Of a stretch of DNA of 64,000 nucleotides, positions 31,603 through 41,453 are shown piece after piece (within the stretch, counting starts at the first letter, position 1; the number at the start of each line of letters is the position of its first letter). The notes below the pieces were generated by a model that was not told the origin of the DNA, searched no databases, and saw nothing but the letters and a program-made list of their open reading frames with translations. A program made the translations under genes and the position numbers. Source of the stretch: Candidatus Cloacimonadota bacterium (lineage in GTDB: Bacteria; Cloacimonadota; Cloacimonadia; JGIOTU-2); the NCBI GenBank assembly GCA_049903315.1, contig JBNGBT010000001.1, positions 421,652 to 485,651 of the forward strand, written 5' to 3'.

Positions 31603-32574
31603 ATGAATAAACAGCAAGAGATAAATGTTCTTTTAATAAAAGAAGCTAACGCAGTGAAAGCACTCGCTGATAAACTTGATCATAATGTTGATAAAGCGCT
31701 GGAACTCATCCTTGAGTGTAAAGGTAAAATTGTAGTCACAGGAATGGGCAAAACAGGGATTATCGGCAGGAAAATATCTGCAACTTTTGCCAGTACGGGC
31801 ACGCCTTCCATCTTTCTTCATCCTGCAGAAGCCATCCACGGCGATCTCGGTATGGTTGATGATTCTGATGTGGTGATGATAATCTCAAACAGCGGCCATA
31901 CGGAAGAATTGATCGAAATCTTTCCATATTTTAAAGGGAAGAAAATTCCAGTTATTTGTCTGACCGGGAACACACAATCTACACTCGGCACACTGAGTGA
32001 TGCGGTCATAGATATTGGTGTTCCAAAGGAATTCGAACCCCTCGGGCTTGTGCCCATGGCAAGCACGACCACTGCGCTGGCAATGGGAAATGCGCTTGCA
32101 ACAGTCGTACTGCAGGAAAAGAAATTCTGCCATGACGATTTTGCCATGCTTCATCCGGGCGGAACGATCGGCAAACGTTTGCTTCTTGCTGTTCATGATG
32201 TCATGCATAAGGGAGAAGCAAATCCAGTTATCTCAGAAAATGCAACATTGAAAGAGGCGATACTCGTGATGACATCAAAAGGACTGGGATGTGTCAGTAT
32301 TATTAATGAAAAGGGCACTCTCACCGGGATCATCACGGATGGAGACCTGCGAAGAATATTTCAAAACTTTGTGAGTCCATTCCACGAGAAAGTGGGAATT
32401 CTTATGACAAAAGAACCAAAAGCAATAAAACCAGAAACTTCAGGAATCGAAGCCCTTGAAGTAATGGAAAAATATTCCATCACAATGATACCGGTTGTGA
32501 ACGAGAATCATGAGCCGGTTGCGATGCTTCATATGCACGATCTGATTCGGGCAGGAATAGTACCGGAGAAATAG
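31603..32574 (+). CDS. kdsD: Arabinose-5-phosphate isomerase (KpsF/GutQ family, SIS + 2 CBS)
   Basis: TGMGKTG, STGTPS.FLHP.EA.HGDLG, HPGG..G, GIITDGDLRR. Confidence 0.92.
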   Translation: MNKQQEINVLLIKEANAVKALADKLDHNVDKALELILECKGKIVVTGMGKTGIIGRKISATFASTGTPSIFLHPAEAIHGDLGMVDDSDVVMIISNSGHTEELIEIFPYFKGKKIPVICLTGNTQSTLGTLSDAVIDIGVPKEFEPLGLVPMASTTTALAMGNALATVVLQEKKFCHDDFAMLHPGGTIGKRLLLAVHDVMHKGEANPVISENATLKEAILVMTSKGLGCVSIINEKGTLTGIITDGDLRRIFQNFVSPFHEKVGILMTKEPKAIKPETSGIEALEVMEKYSITMIPVVNENHEPVAMLHMHDLIRAGIVPEK

Positions 32575-32589
32575 AAAAGCGGAGGATAC

Positions 32590-33567
32590 ATGACTGTAAA
32601 TTTGAAAGGAAGAAGTTTATTAACATTGAAGGATTATTCTAAAAAGGAGATCCTATATCTTATTGAAGCTGCAATTGAACTCAAAGAACATAAAGCACAC
32701 GGAACCTTAAAGAAGAAACTCGAAGGCAAGAATATTGCCCTGCTCTTTGAAAAAAGCTCGACACGAACCCGCTGTGCATTTGTGTCCGCAGCTGTGAATG
32801 AGGGAGCTCATACAGAATATCTTGGTAAGAACGATATCCAGCTTGGTGGCAAGGAAACTGTCGAGGATACTGCGCGTGTACTCGGGAGAATGTTCGATGC
32901 GATCGAATTTCGCGGTTTCAAACAGGAAACAGTCGATTTGCTGGCTGAATACTCTGGTGTTCCAGTATGGAACGGACTTACCGATCTCTATCATCCCACA
33001 CAGATACTGGCAGATTTTATGACTGTGAAGGAAGAACTCGGCATGCTTGAGAACGTGAAGTTCGCCTATGTGGGAGATGGACGCAATAATGTGGCAAATT
33101 CACTTATGATAAGCGCTGCAAAGATCGGAATGGATTTTCGGGTCGTTTCTCCTATGTCACTTTTTCCAAATAAGCACCTTGTGAAAGAGTGCGAGGTTTA
33201 TGCTCAAGAAAGCGGAGCTCGTATTAGCATGACAGATTCAATAGAAGAAGGTGTAAAAGATTGCGATGTAATCTATACAGATATATGGGCTTCAATGGGG
33301 GAAGAAGATAAAATTCATGAGCGTATCAGTTTGTTGAAACCATATAAAATTACAATGAGCATGCTCAAACAAACCAGTAAAGAGGATGTGATATTTCTTC
33401 ATTGTTTGCCCTCATTCCATAATTTGCAAACAGGTATCGCTCAGAAATATCCAGATATATGCGAAGTTGAAGACGAGGTTTTTGAAAGCAAATTTTCAAA
33501 GGTCTTCGACCAGGCAGAAAACAGGTTATGGACTATCGAAGCAGTTATGGTGGCAACCTTAACATAG
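32590..33567 (+). CDS. argF: Ornithine carbamoyltransferase
   Basis: STRTR carbamoyl-phosphate motif, HPTQ, SMG, HCLP, AENR. Anabolic versus catabolic (arcB) role cannot be decided from sequence. Confidence 0.9.
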   Translation: MTVNLKGRSLLTLKDYSKKEILYLIEAAIELKEHKAHGTLKKKLEGKNIALLFEKSSTRTRCAFVSAAVNEGAHTEYLGKNDIQLGGKETVEDTARVLGRMFDAIEFRGFKQETVDLLAEYSGVPVWNGLTDLYHPTQILADFMTVKEELGMLENVKFAYVGDGRNNVANSLMISAAKIGMDFRVVSPMSLFPNKHLVKECEVYAQESGARISMTDSIEEGVKDCDVIYTDIWASMGEEDKIHERISLLKPYKITMSMLKQTSKEDVIFLHCLPSFHNLQTGIAQKYPDICEVEDEVFESKFSKVFDQAENRLWTIEAVMVATLT

Positions 33568-33592
33568 TTTCACGCACAGAGCGCCTGTCACC

Positions 33593-33608
33593 TCCGCCAG
33601 TTGGCGGA
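33593..33608. repeat. Micro-palindrome family A, perfect copy
   Basis: TCCGCC-AGTT-GGCGGA nested inside a CCTGTC...GGCAGG palindrome. Confidence 0.65.
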
Positions 33609-33672
33609 TACGCCGCGGCAGGCAGAGAAAATATTCACGCAGAGCACGCTAAGAAATAAAAAACTATTCCCT

Positions 33673-33702
33673 CTCGTTCCGAAGTTGAACTTTGGAACGC
33701 AA
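33673..33702 (-). repeat. REP-like palindrome family B, solitary copy in reverse orientation
   Basis: Reverse complement TTGCGTTCCAAAGTTCAACTTCGGAACGAG resembles TTGCGTCCCCAAGTGCAACTTGGGAACGAG at 61438-61467. Confidence 0.7.
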
Positions 33703-33725
33703 CAAGCCTAACCGTTCGCAAGCTT

Positions 33726-33761
33726 AAAAAAATCCTGGCAACCATTACAGTTACCAGGATT
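33726..33761 (-). terminator. Intrinsic terminator for 33784-34962
   Basis: AATCCTGGCAAC...GTTACCAGGATT stem preceded on + by an A7 run (U-tail on the minus strand). Confidence 0.7.
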
Positions 33762-33783
33762 GTATTTGTTGTGCGTCTATATA

Positions 33784-34962
33784 TTATTGAATAAGAAGTT
33801 TCTTGGTTTCCTGATAGTTCTCAGTTTTGAGTTGATAGAAATACACACCGTTGGCGAGATCGTTCACGCGCCAGGTTTTTGTATAGTCATTCACTATCAT
33901 GTCTTCATTAATAACTTCCTGTACCAGCTTACCTTTGATGTCATAGATATTAAGTGACACAGGACGAAGTGTGCCTTCCAGCCCACCGATCATGAAGTTG
34001 AAGGTAATGTTCTCGCCAACCTGAACAGGATTCGGATAAATATCATTAAGGAAGGAATGAACGATAGTATTGAGTTGTCCATCACCATCTACATCCACCG
34101 GGTCATACTGGATAGCGCCATAAACATTTGTCGTTCCATCGAAATTCACACATTCAAGCCAATAGTAATATTCTGTTGAATAAGGATCTGCTGATTCATC
34201 AATAAAGGAATATTCATGAGGTTGTGATGTGGTACCATGACCCTCGATTATGGACATATTTACTTTTTCAGAAAGCACATATTCTTCTTCAATACCACGG
34301 AATACATTAAAACCAATGACATCAGTTTCTGATGCTGTTGCCCATTCAACAGTTACAAAATCATTTGCATATGCTGCAGTAAAAGCTGAAAGCTCGACTG
34401 GAAGGGTATGGATGACAGCACCATCATTATCAACTTCGATATAAGCATTATCAAAATAGAGAACATTTTCTCCCGGGTTAGATCCACTATAGATTCTTGC
34501 TTCTACAACAAATCCGTCATTTTCAGTTGTTGCTGGATAAGTCCACGTATAAGATAATTGTTCCCAACCAATTCCAGAGGAGTATGTAGTGTTTCCACCT
34601 GCAGAACCACCGTATGAATTTACATCACCATCAATTGGCGTATAATGTCCCCAAATTCGACCACTTGGATAACCCGCAGGTGTCACATCATATACATAGA
34701 AACTAGCAGTGATCTGGTCACCTTCACTTAATCCTGTAACCCACCAGATATAACCTTGGGGTGTACTAAGCAAAGGATCTTCCCACATTTTAAGACTTCT
34801 GGTACCAGCATACACTTGTTCGTCAGTATTAGCGAATAAAGCATTTCCGTAGAAACCAAGTACTGTTGAAGTACCATCTTCCCAGCCGAAAGAACTGATG
34901 ACAACAGCAGAGAGAGACGAAACAATAAAGATGAATGAAACAAATAGTATAATTTTTTTCAT
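33784..34962 (-). CDS. Secreted protein with a CBM-like N-terminal domain and a T9SS/FlgD-like C-terminal domain (start MKKIILF at 34962)
   Basis: Signal peptide; LPVELSAFTA...WATASETDVIGFNVFR linker domain; IYPNP...IYDIKGKLV...NGVYFYQL CTD. Confidence 0.75.
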   Translation of the reverse strand: MKKIILFVSFIFIVSSLSAVVISSFGWEDGTSTVLGFYGNALFANTDEQVYAGTRSLKMWEDPLLSTPQGYIWWVTGLSEGDQITASFYVYDVTPAGYPSGRIWGHYTPIDGDVNSYGGSAGGNTTYSSGIGWEQLSYTWTYPATTENDGFVVEARIYSGSNPGENVLYFDNAYIEVDNDGAVIHTLPVELSAFTAAYANDFVTVEWATASETDVIGFNVFRGIEEEYVLSEKVNMSIIEGHGTTSQPHEYSFIDESADPYSTEYYYWLECVNFDGTTNVYGAIQYDPVDVDGDGQLNTIVHSFLNDIYPNPVQVGENITFNFMIGGLEGTLRPVSLNIYDIKGKLVQEVINEDMIVNDYTKTWRVNDLANGVYFYQLKTENYQETKKLLIQ

Positions 34963-35201
34963 TCTTTCTCCTTTCAATTGATTATTTTAGTTATCATATT
35001 TATATATTGCCCATTATTATTTACTTTTTTAATACGCTGTTAATTTAAAGGGATTATAAATTTCTTTGTCAAATTTTTTTTATATTTTGATATACTTGAC
35101 AAAATAATGGATAAAAATTACTAAAAAATTCAATGTAATTGGTGTGTAAAAATGAATAATAATGTAATAAATATTTCACAAAAACCTTCAGGAGGTATTT
35201 C

Positions 35202-36296
35202 ATGAAAAAACTATTGCTTTTTTTTATGGTCATGTGTTTTTCGGGTATGTTGTACGGGCAGCTCACAGTGCGTCTTGTCGTGAATGACTTTGATATTGTG
35301 TACCCTTCAGCTTTTGATAAGGATGACCCAGCAGGACAGCCGATCATCTTCACGCTCGATCTACTGAATATGTCGGGTGATGACATGCAATGCAAACTTG
35401 CGATGTCATTATATGCTCCGGCATACGGAGATCTGCTTACAGAAGCGGATGGGTTGCTAAAAACCTATGACGGCATTCCGGGTAATACTGAAAGCACTTA
35501 CCTTGCATTTGCTCCTATGCAGGTTTATGCTTTATCCAATCGGGATATTATCAATAACGACGTGAAGATCGAGGGTTCTTGGAATGATGTATTGAACAAT
35601 ATTCCAGACTTCGAGGATTTTGTCATGGCAAATGGTTATTTCCCAAGCGGCACCTACACATTCACTTTTTATCTTTATGATATGCAGATGGTCGAGATCG
35701 AGCACAGTTCTGCAACGATGATCATTTCAAATGATATGCAGGTAAATTTGCTTGCTCCAGGCACAGAGATCACGTCAGGGCAATCCATAGACCTTTTACT
35801 CCCCCTTGGTGATAATACCCCGACTTTTGCATGGCAATCTTCAGCCACCATGTACGAGCTAACAGTTTGGGAACTCGATCCCTCTGTCTATGAAACTATC
35901 ATTCTTGGCGATCTTCCTGAACCTCTGGTCGTGCTGAAAGACCTTCCTATGCAATTCTATCAATATGATTCATCCTTGCCGGAACTTCAGGATGAATATT
36001 GTTATGTGTGGAATGTAGTCGGAGATTTTACATCCACACTCGGCATGGAGACCCAGAGTAGTGAATTCTATGGATTCAAGTTCCAGTCATCTGTGGGTGG
36101 CGGAGATCCCAATGTAGAAAATCTCATAGTTAATCTTGCAGCCCTTGGTTTACTCAATCCCGGGCAGATTGGCAATTATGCTCCAACGGGACAGGTGTAT
36201 GTGAACGGAATTCTTATCACAGTAGGAAATATCAGCGAATTTCTTACCGGTCTCTTCAATGGCACGTATGTAATCGAAACTATTGTGATCGAGTAG
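35202..36296 (+). CDS. Secreted hypothetical protein (Ig/FN3-like), first gene of a 3-gene operon
   Basis: Signal peptide; GYFPSGTYTF, LLAPG, PTFAW, YELTVWE, YVWNV; AGGAGG SD. Confidence 0.7.
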   Translation: MKKLLLFFMVMCFSGMLYGQLTVRLVVNDFDIVYPSAFDKDDPAGQPIIFTLDLLNMSGDDMQCKLAMSLYAPAYGDLLTEADGLLKTYDGIPGNTESTYLAFAPMQVYALSNRDIINNDVKIEGSWNDVLNNIPDFEDFVMANGYFPSGTYTFTFYLYDMQMVEIEHSSATMIISNDMQVNLLAPGTEITSGQSIDLLLPLGDNTPTFAWQSSATMYELTVWELDPSVYETIILGDLPEPLVVLKDLPMQFYQYDSSLPELQDEYCYVWNVVGDFTSTLGMETQSSEFYGFKFQSSVGGGDPNVENLIVNLAALGLLNPGQIGNYAPTGQVYVNGILITVGNISEFLTGLFNGTYVIETIVIE

Positions 36297-36308
36297 GAGG
36301 AGGTAACC

Positions 36309-36983
36309 ATGCAAAAATTAATTTTTCTCATAATGATCCAAATTTTAATTCTCAGTTTTCTTTGTGCTGACGCGACACCTTCTGCAATAGTCCTGAAAAG
36401 CAGCGGTGTAGTTGAACTTCACAGGCAGGATGAAACCAAGCAAGTGACCGATGGTGAGATATTATACAGTGGAGATGAAGTCATTTCCAAAGAAGCATCT
36501 CTTGCAGCGATCCGCTTTGTCGATGACGGCGCTATTATAAAACTGTTTGCCAACTCGATCCTTACAATCAATACAGAAAAGACAGAGAACAGACTTGATA
36601 AGAATCTCTATCTTGAAGTTGGTGAGTTGTGGTCAAAAGTGTCCAAAGAAAAGGGTTCCTATGAAATAGAAACGCCGACCGCAGTGGCAGCAGTGAAGGG
36701 AACGGACTTTCTCACAGAAGTAAAAGAAAGCGGAGACACATGGCTCTTTACCTTCGAAGGTGTTGTCGAACTGAAATCCGACCTTGGTACCGTGGAAGTA
36801 GATAAAGGTAAAACCGGTATTGCGACAAAGGATTCAGCTCCTTCCAGCAGGGAAACGAAAAAGGGTGAGGTGCGAGAGGAAGTCAAAGGTGAAATCCTCT
36901 CAGGAGCAAAAACCAATGTCATGGAAATCGAATTTAAAGATGCTAACGGTCAAACCAAAACCATGAAAATATTCTATAAATAA
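36309..36983 (+). CDS. Secreted FecR-domain protein
   Basis: Signal peptide; FecR signature LEVGELW...IETPTAVAAVKGTDF...FEGVVEL. Confidence 0.85.
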   Translation: MQKLIFLIMIQILILSFLCADATPSAIVLKSSGVVELHRQDETKQVTDGEILYSGDEVISKEASLAAIRFVDDGAIIKLFANSILTINTEKTENRLDKNLYLEVGELWSKVSKEKGSYEIETPTAVAAVKGTDFLTEVKESGDTWLFTFEGVVELKSDLGTVEVDKGKTGIATKDSAPSSRETKKGEVREEVKGEILSGAKTNVMEIEFKDANGQTKTMKIFYK

Positions 36984-36993
36984 GGAGGATTAG

Positions 36994-39378
36994 ATGAAGA
37001 AAACTTTAGCAGCAGTCTTAATTCTCATGTTATCAACGACAATGCTCATTGCAGCAACTATCGAAACCGATTTTATCCCACCGGAATTTGTGCAGTACAT
37101 GAAACCCCTTCATCTACGCCTGGATATCATTGGAGGCGGTGATGAGATAGAAGAGGTGTACCTCTTTTATAAAAAAGCAAATCTGGACTTTGTGCAGCTT
37201 CTCATGGATCCGGGACTCGGAATGAATCCCTATTATGATGCAACAATCCCGGGCAGTTATATTGACCAGCCGATCTCATTTTACTTCCGCATCATAAAAA
37301 AGGATATGCTTGACCAGACTATTCCAGGTATCGACCCCATCAATAATCCCTATTATGTACCCATGAAAAAACCTCCACAAACGCAGAAAAAGGTAGAAAC
37401 TTCTTTCCAGATGCTCAGCCCTGACCAGGATTATAATTATAAGGATAATGACTTCATGGTTGCGATCTCGTATTTTGCGTTGGAGGATAAACTCGAAGGT
37501 AAAACGATCAAACTGTTCTTTGATGGGAAAGATGTCTCATCACAGGCAACGATCACGTCCAACCTGCTTGTGTATAAACCTGCTTCAGTCAAACCGGTCG
37601 CGCATAAGATAGATATCATGATCTACAATGCAGATGGCTCGATCTTTAAGAAGAATGACTGGGTTATCCAGGTTCAGAAAGTGCCCACAATTCAGAAGTT
37701 ACCCGTATCTGTGAATGGTGATCTTCTCATTGATTCCCGTCTTACAATGTATGATGCGGACAGCAGCTCCTATTACCACGATGCAAAAAATGAGTTCAGG
37801 AGCATCGGACGTCTCCGCTTGTGGGGTGGGAAGAAATGGTTCCGTTACAAAGGTAGGATTTATATTTCATCTGAAGAGCGAAGCACACGCCAGCCATATA
37901 ACCGTTATTCAATGGATTTCTATGTTCCGCATTTCAATTTGTATCTCGGTGATCACAACCAGGTGTTCTCAAATACGACCATTGCAGGAAAGAATATCCG
38001 CGGAGTCGGTGGAGATTTGCAGCTCGGATTCTTCAAACTCAGTTCATTCTACGGGCAGATACAGCGTCATATCAAGGGCACAATGTATGTTGATACGACT
38101 GATACAGTTGTCGATACTTCCTTCTCAGGCGGATACTATAATAGAAATTCCCTTGGTGTGCGTATGCAGTTTGGCAAGGAGAGAGGTTTCTATATCAGCT
38201 TGAATGCCCTTAAGACAAAAGATGATATGAAATCAGAAGAATATGCTCAGAATCCCAAAGATAATATCGTCGTTGGTGTGGACAGTAAATTATCACTCTT
38301 TAAAAGCAGGGTACAATTCGGTTGGGAAGTGTCTGCAAGCTTGCTGAACAATAATATTGCTCCGGGAGTATTAACTAAGGATGAACTGGATTCACTCGAT
38401 ATCGACCTCCCCTTTGACCCGGAAAGTCTTGAGAATATCTTCATCATCAATCAATTTGTAGAGCCGTATAAGTTAACCATGTCAAATATAGCTGCTGAAG
38501 GATATCTGAGGACATTTTTCTATCATAATCTGCTCAATATCAGGTACTCATATGTGGGGGGCAGTTTCCATTCTCTTGCTAATCCGTATCTGCAGAGTGA
38601 TAAAGCAGGTTTCAATATCATGGATAATGTCACACTCCTTAATAATCAACTCAGCTTCGGGCTTGGATATCATGCATACAATGATAATATCAGGGATACA
38701 AAAGGATCGACTACATATACCAAAGGACTCCTTGTCAATGCCGGCTATTTTCCATATCACAAAGCCCCGAGTCTCTCTTTCAACTATCAGCAAACCAGGA
38801 TCACTAATGAGATTTCTGACACAACACTCCTGCCTATCAATCGTTTGAATAATATTGCAACCATTAATACTTCTTATAAGCTTCCGATACGCATATTCTC
38901 TCCGACATCCACTCGTTTCCAGCTTAGTTATTCTTTCACTAATACTTCCGACAAAGAGTATGAGAGTTATAACTACAATACAAATAATATCCGCCTTGTG
39001 ACGAAAATTGATTATGCTGACATTCCAATGTCTACGCGATTCGCTTTCGGATACCTGGCACGAAAAGATACTCCAACAGGCAGTCCGGAAACAAAAAGTA
39101 ATTATTACACTGTGAGTGTGACAGAGGAAATTCGTCCCAAAGTTTATAAAAACGGTTCGTTCAGGACAACATTAGGATATAAATTAACACGTTCGTCCGG
39201 CGATGTCCGTTATATGAAACATTATATTTCATGCGGAGTATTTAACCAGTTCAAGGTCCTTCCCACAGATACATTTCTTTCCCTGGAACTTGGTTATCTG
39301 ATCTATCACGAGCTTGATACTGTGGCGAAGGATTACAATCAAATGAGAGGTATTCTGAAACTTACTCAGAAATTCTAA
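36994..39378 (+). CDS. Putative outer-membrane beta-barrel protein with N-terminal soluble domains
   Basis: Signal peptide; amphipathic beta-strands across the C-terminal two-thirds; terminal LKLTQKF beta-signal. Confidence 0.7.
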   Translation: MKKTLAAVLILMLSTTMLIAATIETDFIPPEFVQYMKPLHLRLDIIGGGDEIEEVYLFYKKANLDFVQLLMDPGLGMNPYYDATIPGSYIDQPISFYFRIIKKDMLDQTIPGIDPINNPYYVPMKKPPQTQKKVETSFQMLSPDQDYNYKDNDFMVAISYFALEDKLEGKTIKLFFDGKDVSSQATITSNLLVYKPASVKPVAHKIDIMIYNADGSIFKKNDWVIQVQKVPTIQKLPVSVNGDLLIDSRLTMYDADSSSYYHDAKNEFRSIGRLRLWGGKKWFRYKGRIYISSEERSTRQPYNRYSMDFYVPHFNLYLGDHNQVFSNTTIAGKNIRGVGGDLQLGFFKLSSFYGQIQRHIKGTMYVDTTDTVVDTSFSGGYYNRNSLGVRMQFGKERGFYISLNALKTKDDMKSEEYAQNPKDNIVVGVDSKLSLFKSRVQFGWEVSASLLNNNIAPGVLTKDELDSLDIDLPFDPESLENIFIINQFVEPYKLTMSNIAAEGYLRTFFYHNLLNIRYSYVGGSFHSLANPYLQSDKAGFNIMDNVTLLNNQLSFGLGYHAYNDNIRDTKGSTTYTKGLLVNAGYFPYHKAPSLSFNYQQTRITNEISDTTLLPINRLNNIATINTSYKLPIRIFSPTSTRFQLSYSFTNTSDKEYESYNYNTNNIRLVTKIDYADIPMSTRFAFGYLARKDTPTGSPETKSNYYTVSVTEEIRPKVYKNGSFRTTLGYKLTRSSGDVRYMKHYISCGVFNQFKVLPTDTFLSLELGYLIYHELDTVAKDYNQMRGILKLTQKF

Positions 39379-39402
39379 AACGTAAATAATATCTAAATAC
39401 AT

Positions 39403-39431
39403 AAGGGATGCAGCAATGCGTCCCTTTTTTT
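39403..39431 (+). terminator. Intrinsic terminator closing the 35202-39378 operon
   Basis: AAGGGATGCA-gcaa-TGCGTCCCTT followed by a T run. Confidence 0.8.
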
Positions 39432-39477
39432 ATATTGAAGTTTTTGAATGAGATTTGGTAAAATTGGGGGGGGGTTC

Positions 39478-40104
39478 TTACTTCACGAGAGAATTTGGTT
39501 TATTGATCGCTCCTTTGCGGAGTATGAAAATTTTTCTTCCTATCACCTTGACGATAGTCGAGGGTTTTTCACCAAAGTTATTGATGCGGTCAATTACAAT
39601 TCCTGCGACCACATTACTGAATTTTTCTTCTATGATTTTTGGGTCATTAATGCTTTTTTCACCACTGATATTTATGCTTGTACTGATCATCGGGAGGTTT
39701 GCTTCTTTGAGAATAGCTCTCGTGATATCGTTACCCACCATCCTCACTGCGATTTTTTTTTTATGACAGATCGGGTTTTTCCAGAATTCTTTTTTTGCTC
39801 GAAGTACCAGAGTAAGAGGTCCCGGCCAATATTTCTGCATGAGTTCTTTCTCGGTTTTGTTCACTCCTGCAATGAGTCTGTCGAGCTGGATGTAATCAGA
39901 AACAAGCACGACAAAACCTTTGGTATTCGTTTTCCTATGCTTGAGCTCAGTAATTTTTTGGATGCTCGATATATCGTGTATTTGTGCACCAAAACCATAC
40001 AGGTTCTCTGTAGGGTGTATGAGTATTCCATTCTCCTTTATTATGCCTGTAGCTTGTGAAACAAGAGAAGGATCGATCGAATCAGTAAAGATAATTGTTT
40101 TCAT
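39478..40104 (-). CDS. tsaC: Threonylcarbamoyl-AMP synthase (TsaC/YrdC/Sua5 family)
   Basis: PTENLYG, K.RK..K, WPGPLT, STSINISG, PSTIV. Confidence 0.88.
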   Translation of the reverse strand: MKTIIFTDSIDPSLVSQATGIIKENGILIHPTENLYGFGAQIHDISSIQKITELKHRKTNTKGFVVLVSDYIQLDRLIAGVNKTEKELMQKYWPGPLTLVLRAKKEFWKNPICHKKKIAVRMVGNDITRAILKEANLPMISTSINISGEKSINDPKIIEEKFSNVVAGIVIDRINNFGEKPSTIVKVIGRKIFILRKGAINKPNSLVK

Positions 40105-40121
40105 AATATTATAAAATTTTT

Positions 40122-40195
40122 ACCACAGAGAACACAGAGACCACAAAGGTGAAAATATATTATTGTTTGAATTTGATCTGCGTTCATTTGCGTTC
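40122..40195. repeat. Short intergenic tandem repeats (9-nt CACAGAG-containing unit x3; ATCTGCGTTC-like unit x2)
   Basis: ACCACAGAG-AACACAGAG-ACCACAAAG at 40122-40148; ATCTGCGTTC-ATTTGCGTTC at 40176-40195. The reverse complement GAACGCAGAT recurs at 58381. Confidence 0.55.
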
Positions 40196-40202
40196 TATTC
40201 TT

Positions 40203-41312
40203 TCAGTTTAGATAGCTCAGAGGATCAACTGCTTTTCCGAGTTTGCGGATTTCAAAGTAGAGTCCGTCAGTGTCCATAAGATAATTTTTCCCGGAATAGG
40301 CAATAACCTCGGACTGCCCGATCTTCTGCTCTTTGTGCACCGCAAGTTTGTCATTAAAACCATAGAGACTGTAAAATCCATTTTGATGATCAATGATAAC
40401 AAGATTGCCTTTATTTTCAAACCAGCCGGCAAAAGCCACTACTCCGGAAGCGATGGATTTAACCGGGCTTCCATAGGGGGTTTGAATGTAAATGCCTTCA
40501 CTTTTGATCGTAGCATTGGTATTATTTATTGTATGGATGCCATATCTTTGAAGGATTTCTCCATGCACGGGCCAGATGATACCGTTATGAAAAGAGAATG
40601 TATATTCTTTGCCGTATTTTTCAGCTTCTTTTTGCGCAATGAAATTTTCAAGCGCAGTAATGCCTTCCTCCAGGGAGTTGATCTGATGACGGTATTGCTC
40701 TTCTATTTGTTCGATAAATGACAGCTCCTCCTCGTCCGCCTCTTTTTTGGAGAGAATGGTGTTGTAATTCGATTTTGTATACTCGATGTTTGAGAGGAGT
40801 CTTCTCAACTGCTGTTCTTTTTGGTCGCTCAGATCATGATGTTGTGCAAGAAAGTTCCTGAGACTGTCGAGATTGTCCAGAAGAGAACGGGCACAGAGCT
40901 GGAGTCCCCTGGACATCCAATTGTTAAGTGGATTATGATCGAGATAAGTGCTTCTATAATGGACATATGCGAGGTTTTCGACCAATTCGTTCAAGATATC
41001 CTTATTCTCATCAAAATACTGCTCGTTCTGGATTATTGCAGATTTAAGACTATCAATATCCAGTTCTGTTCTATATTTCTGGCTGCGGTACTCATCGACC
41101 TGAGCCTGGAGAGATTTTAATTTTTTAACATGTGTGTAAATAGTATTTTTCTGCATATTCTTGTCAGCAAGGAGCTCTTCGATCATCTGCTGTGTGTTTT
41201 GTATTTCCCTTTCAAGTTCTGATATCCTATCTTTTGATGTCTGTGTAATGTCAGCACAGATTGAGCTGATGAGTACAAGAAGCATAAAAAGGAAACATGT
41301 TGCAGATTTCAT
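40203..41312 (-). CDS. envC: Murein hydrolase activator, EnvC-like (coiled coil + degenerate M23 domain)
   Basis: Signal peptide, long coiled coil, WPVHG, GNLVIIDH, LYFEIR; the zinc-binding histidines are replaced, as in EnvC. Confidence 0.75.
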   Translation of the reverse strand: MKSATCFLFMLLVLISSICADITQTSKDRISELEREIQNTQQMIEELLADKNMQKNTIYTHVKKLKSLQAQVDEYRSQKYRTELDIDSLKSAIIQNEQYFDENKDILNELVENLAYVHYRSTYLDHNPLNNWMSRGLQLCARSLLDNLDSLRNFLAQHHDLSDQKEQQLRRLLSNIEYTKSNYNTILSKKEADEEELSFIEQIEEQYRHQINSLEEGITALENFIAQKEAEKYGKEYTFSFHNGIIWPVHGEILQRYGIHTINNTNATIKSEGIYIQTPYGSPVKSIASGVVAFAGWFENKGNLVIIDHQNGFYSLYGFNDKLAVHKEQKIGQSEVIAYSGKNYLMDTDGLYFEIRKLGKAVDPLSYLN

Positions 41313-41453
41313 ATAAATCAAATATAAAAGGGCATGAAAAACTGTCAAAAATTTAAAGAATTTATTGACGTGGGAAAGCCAGGCTCTTGAAGGACGTTAT
41401 AATAAATATGAGAAAAAAATTAATAAAATTTTAAAATATCATTCGGAGGCGTA

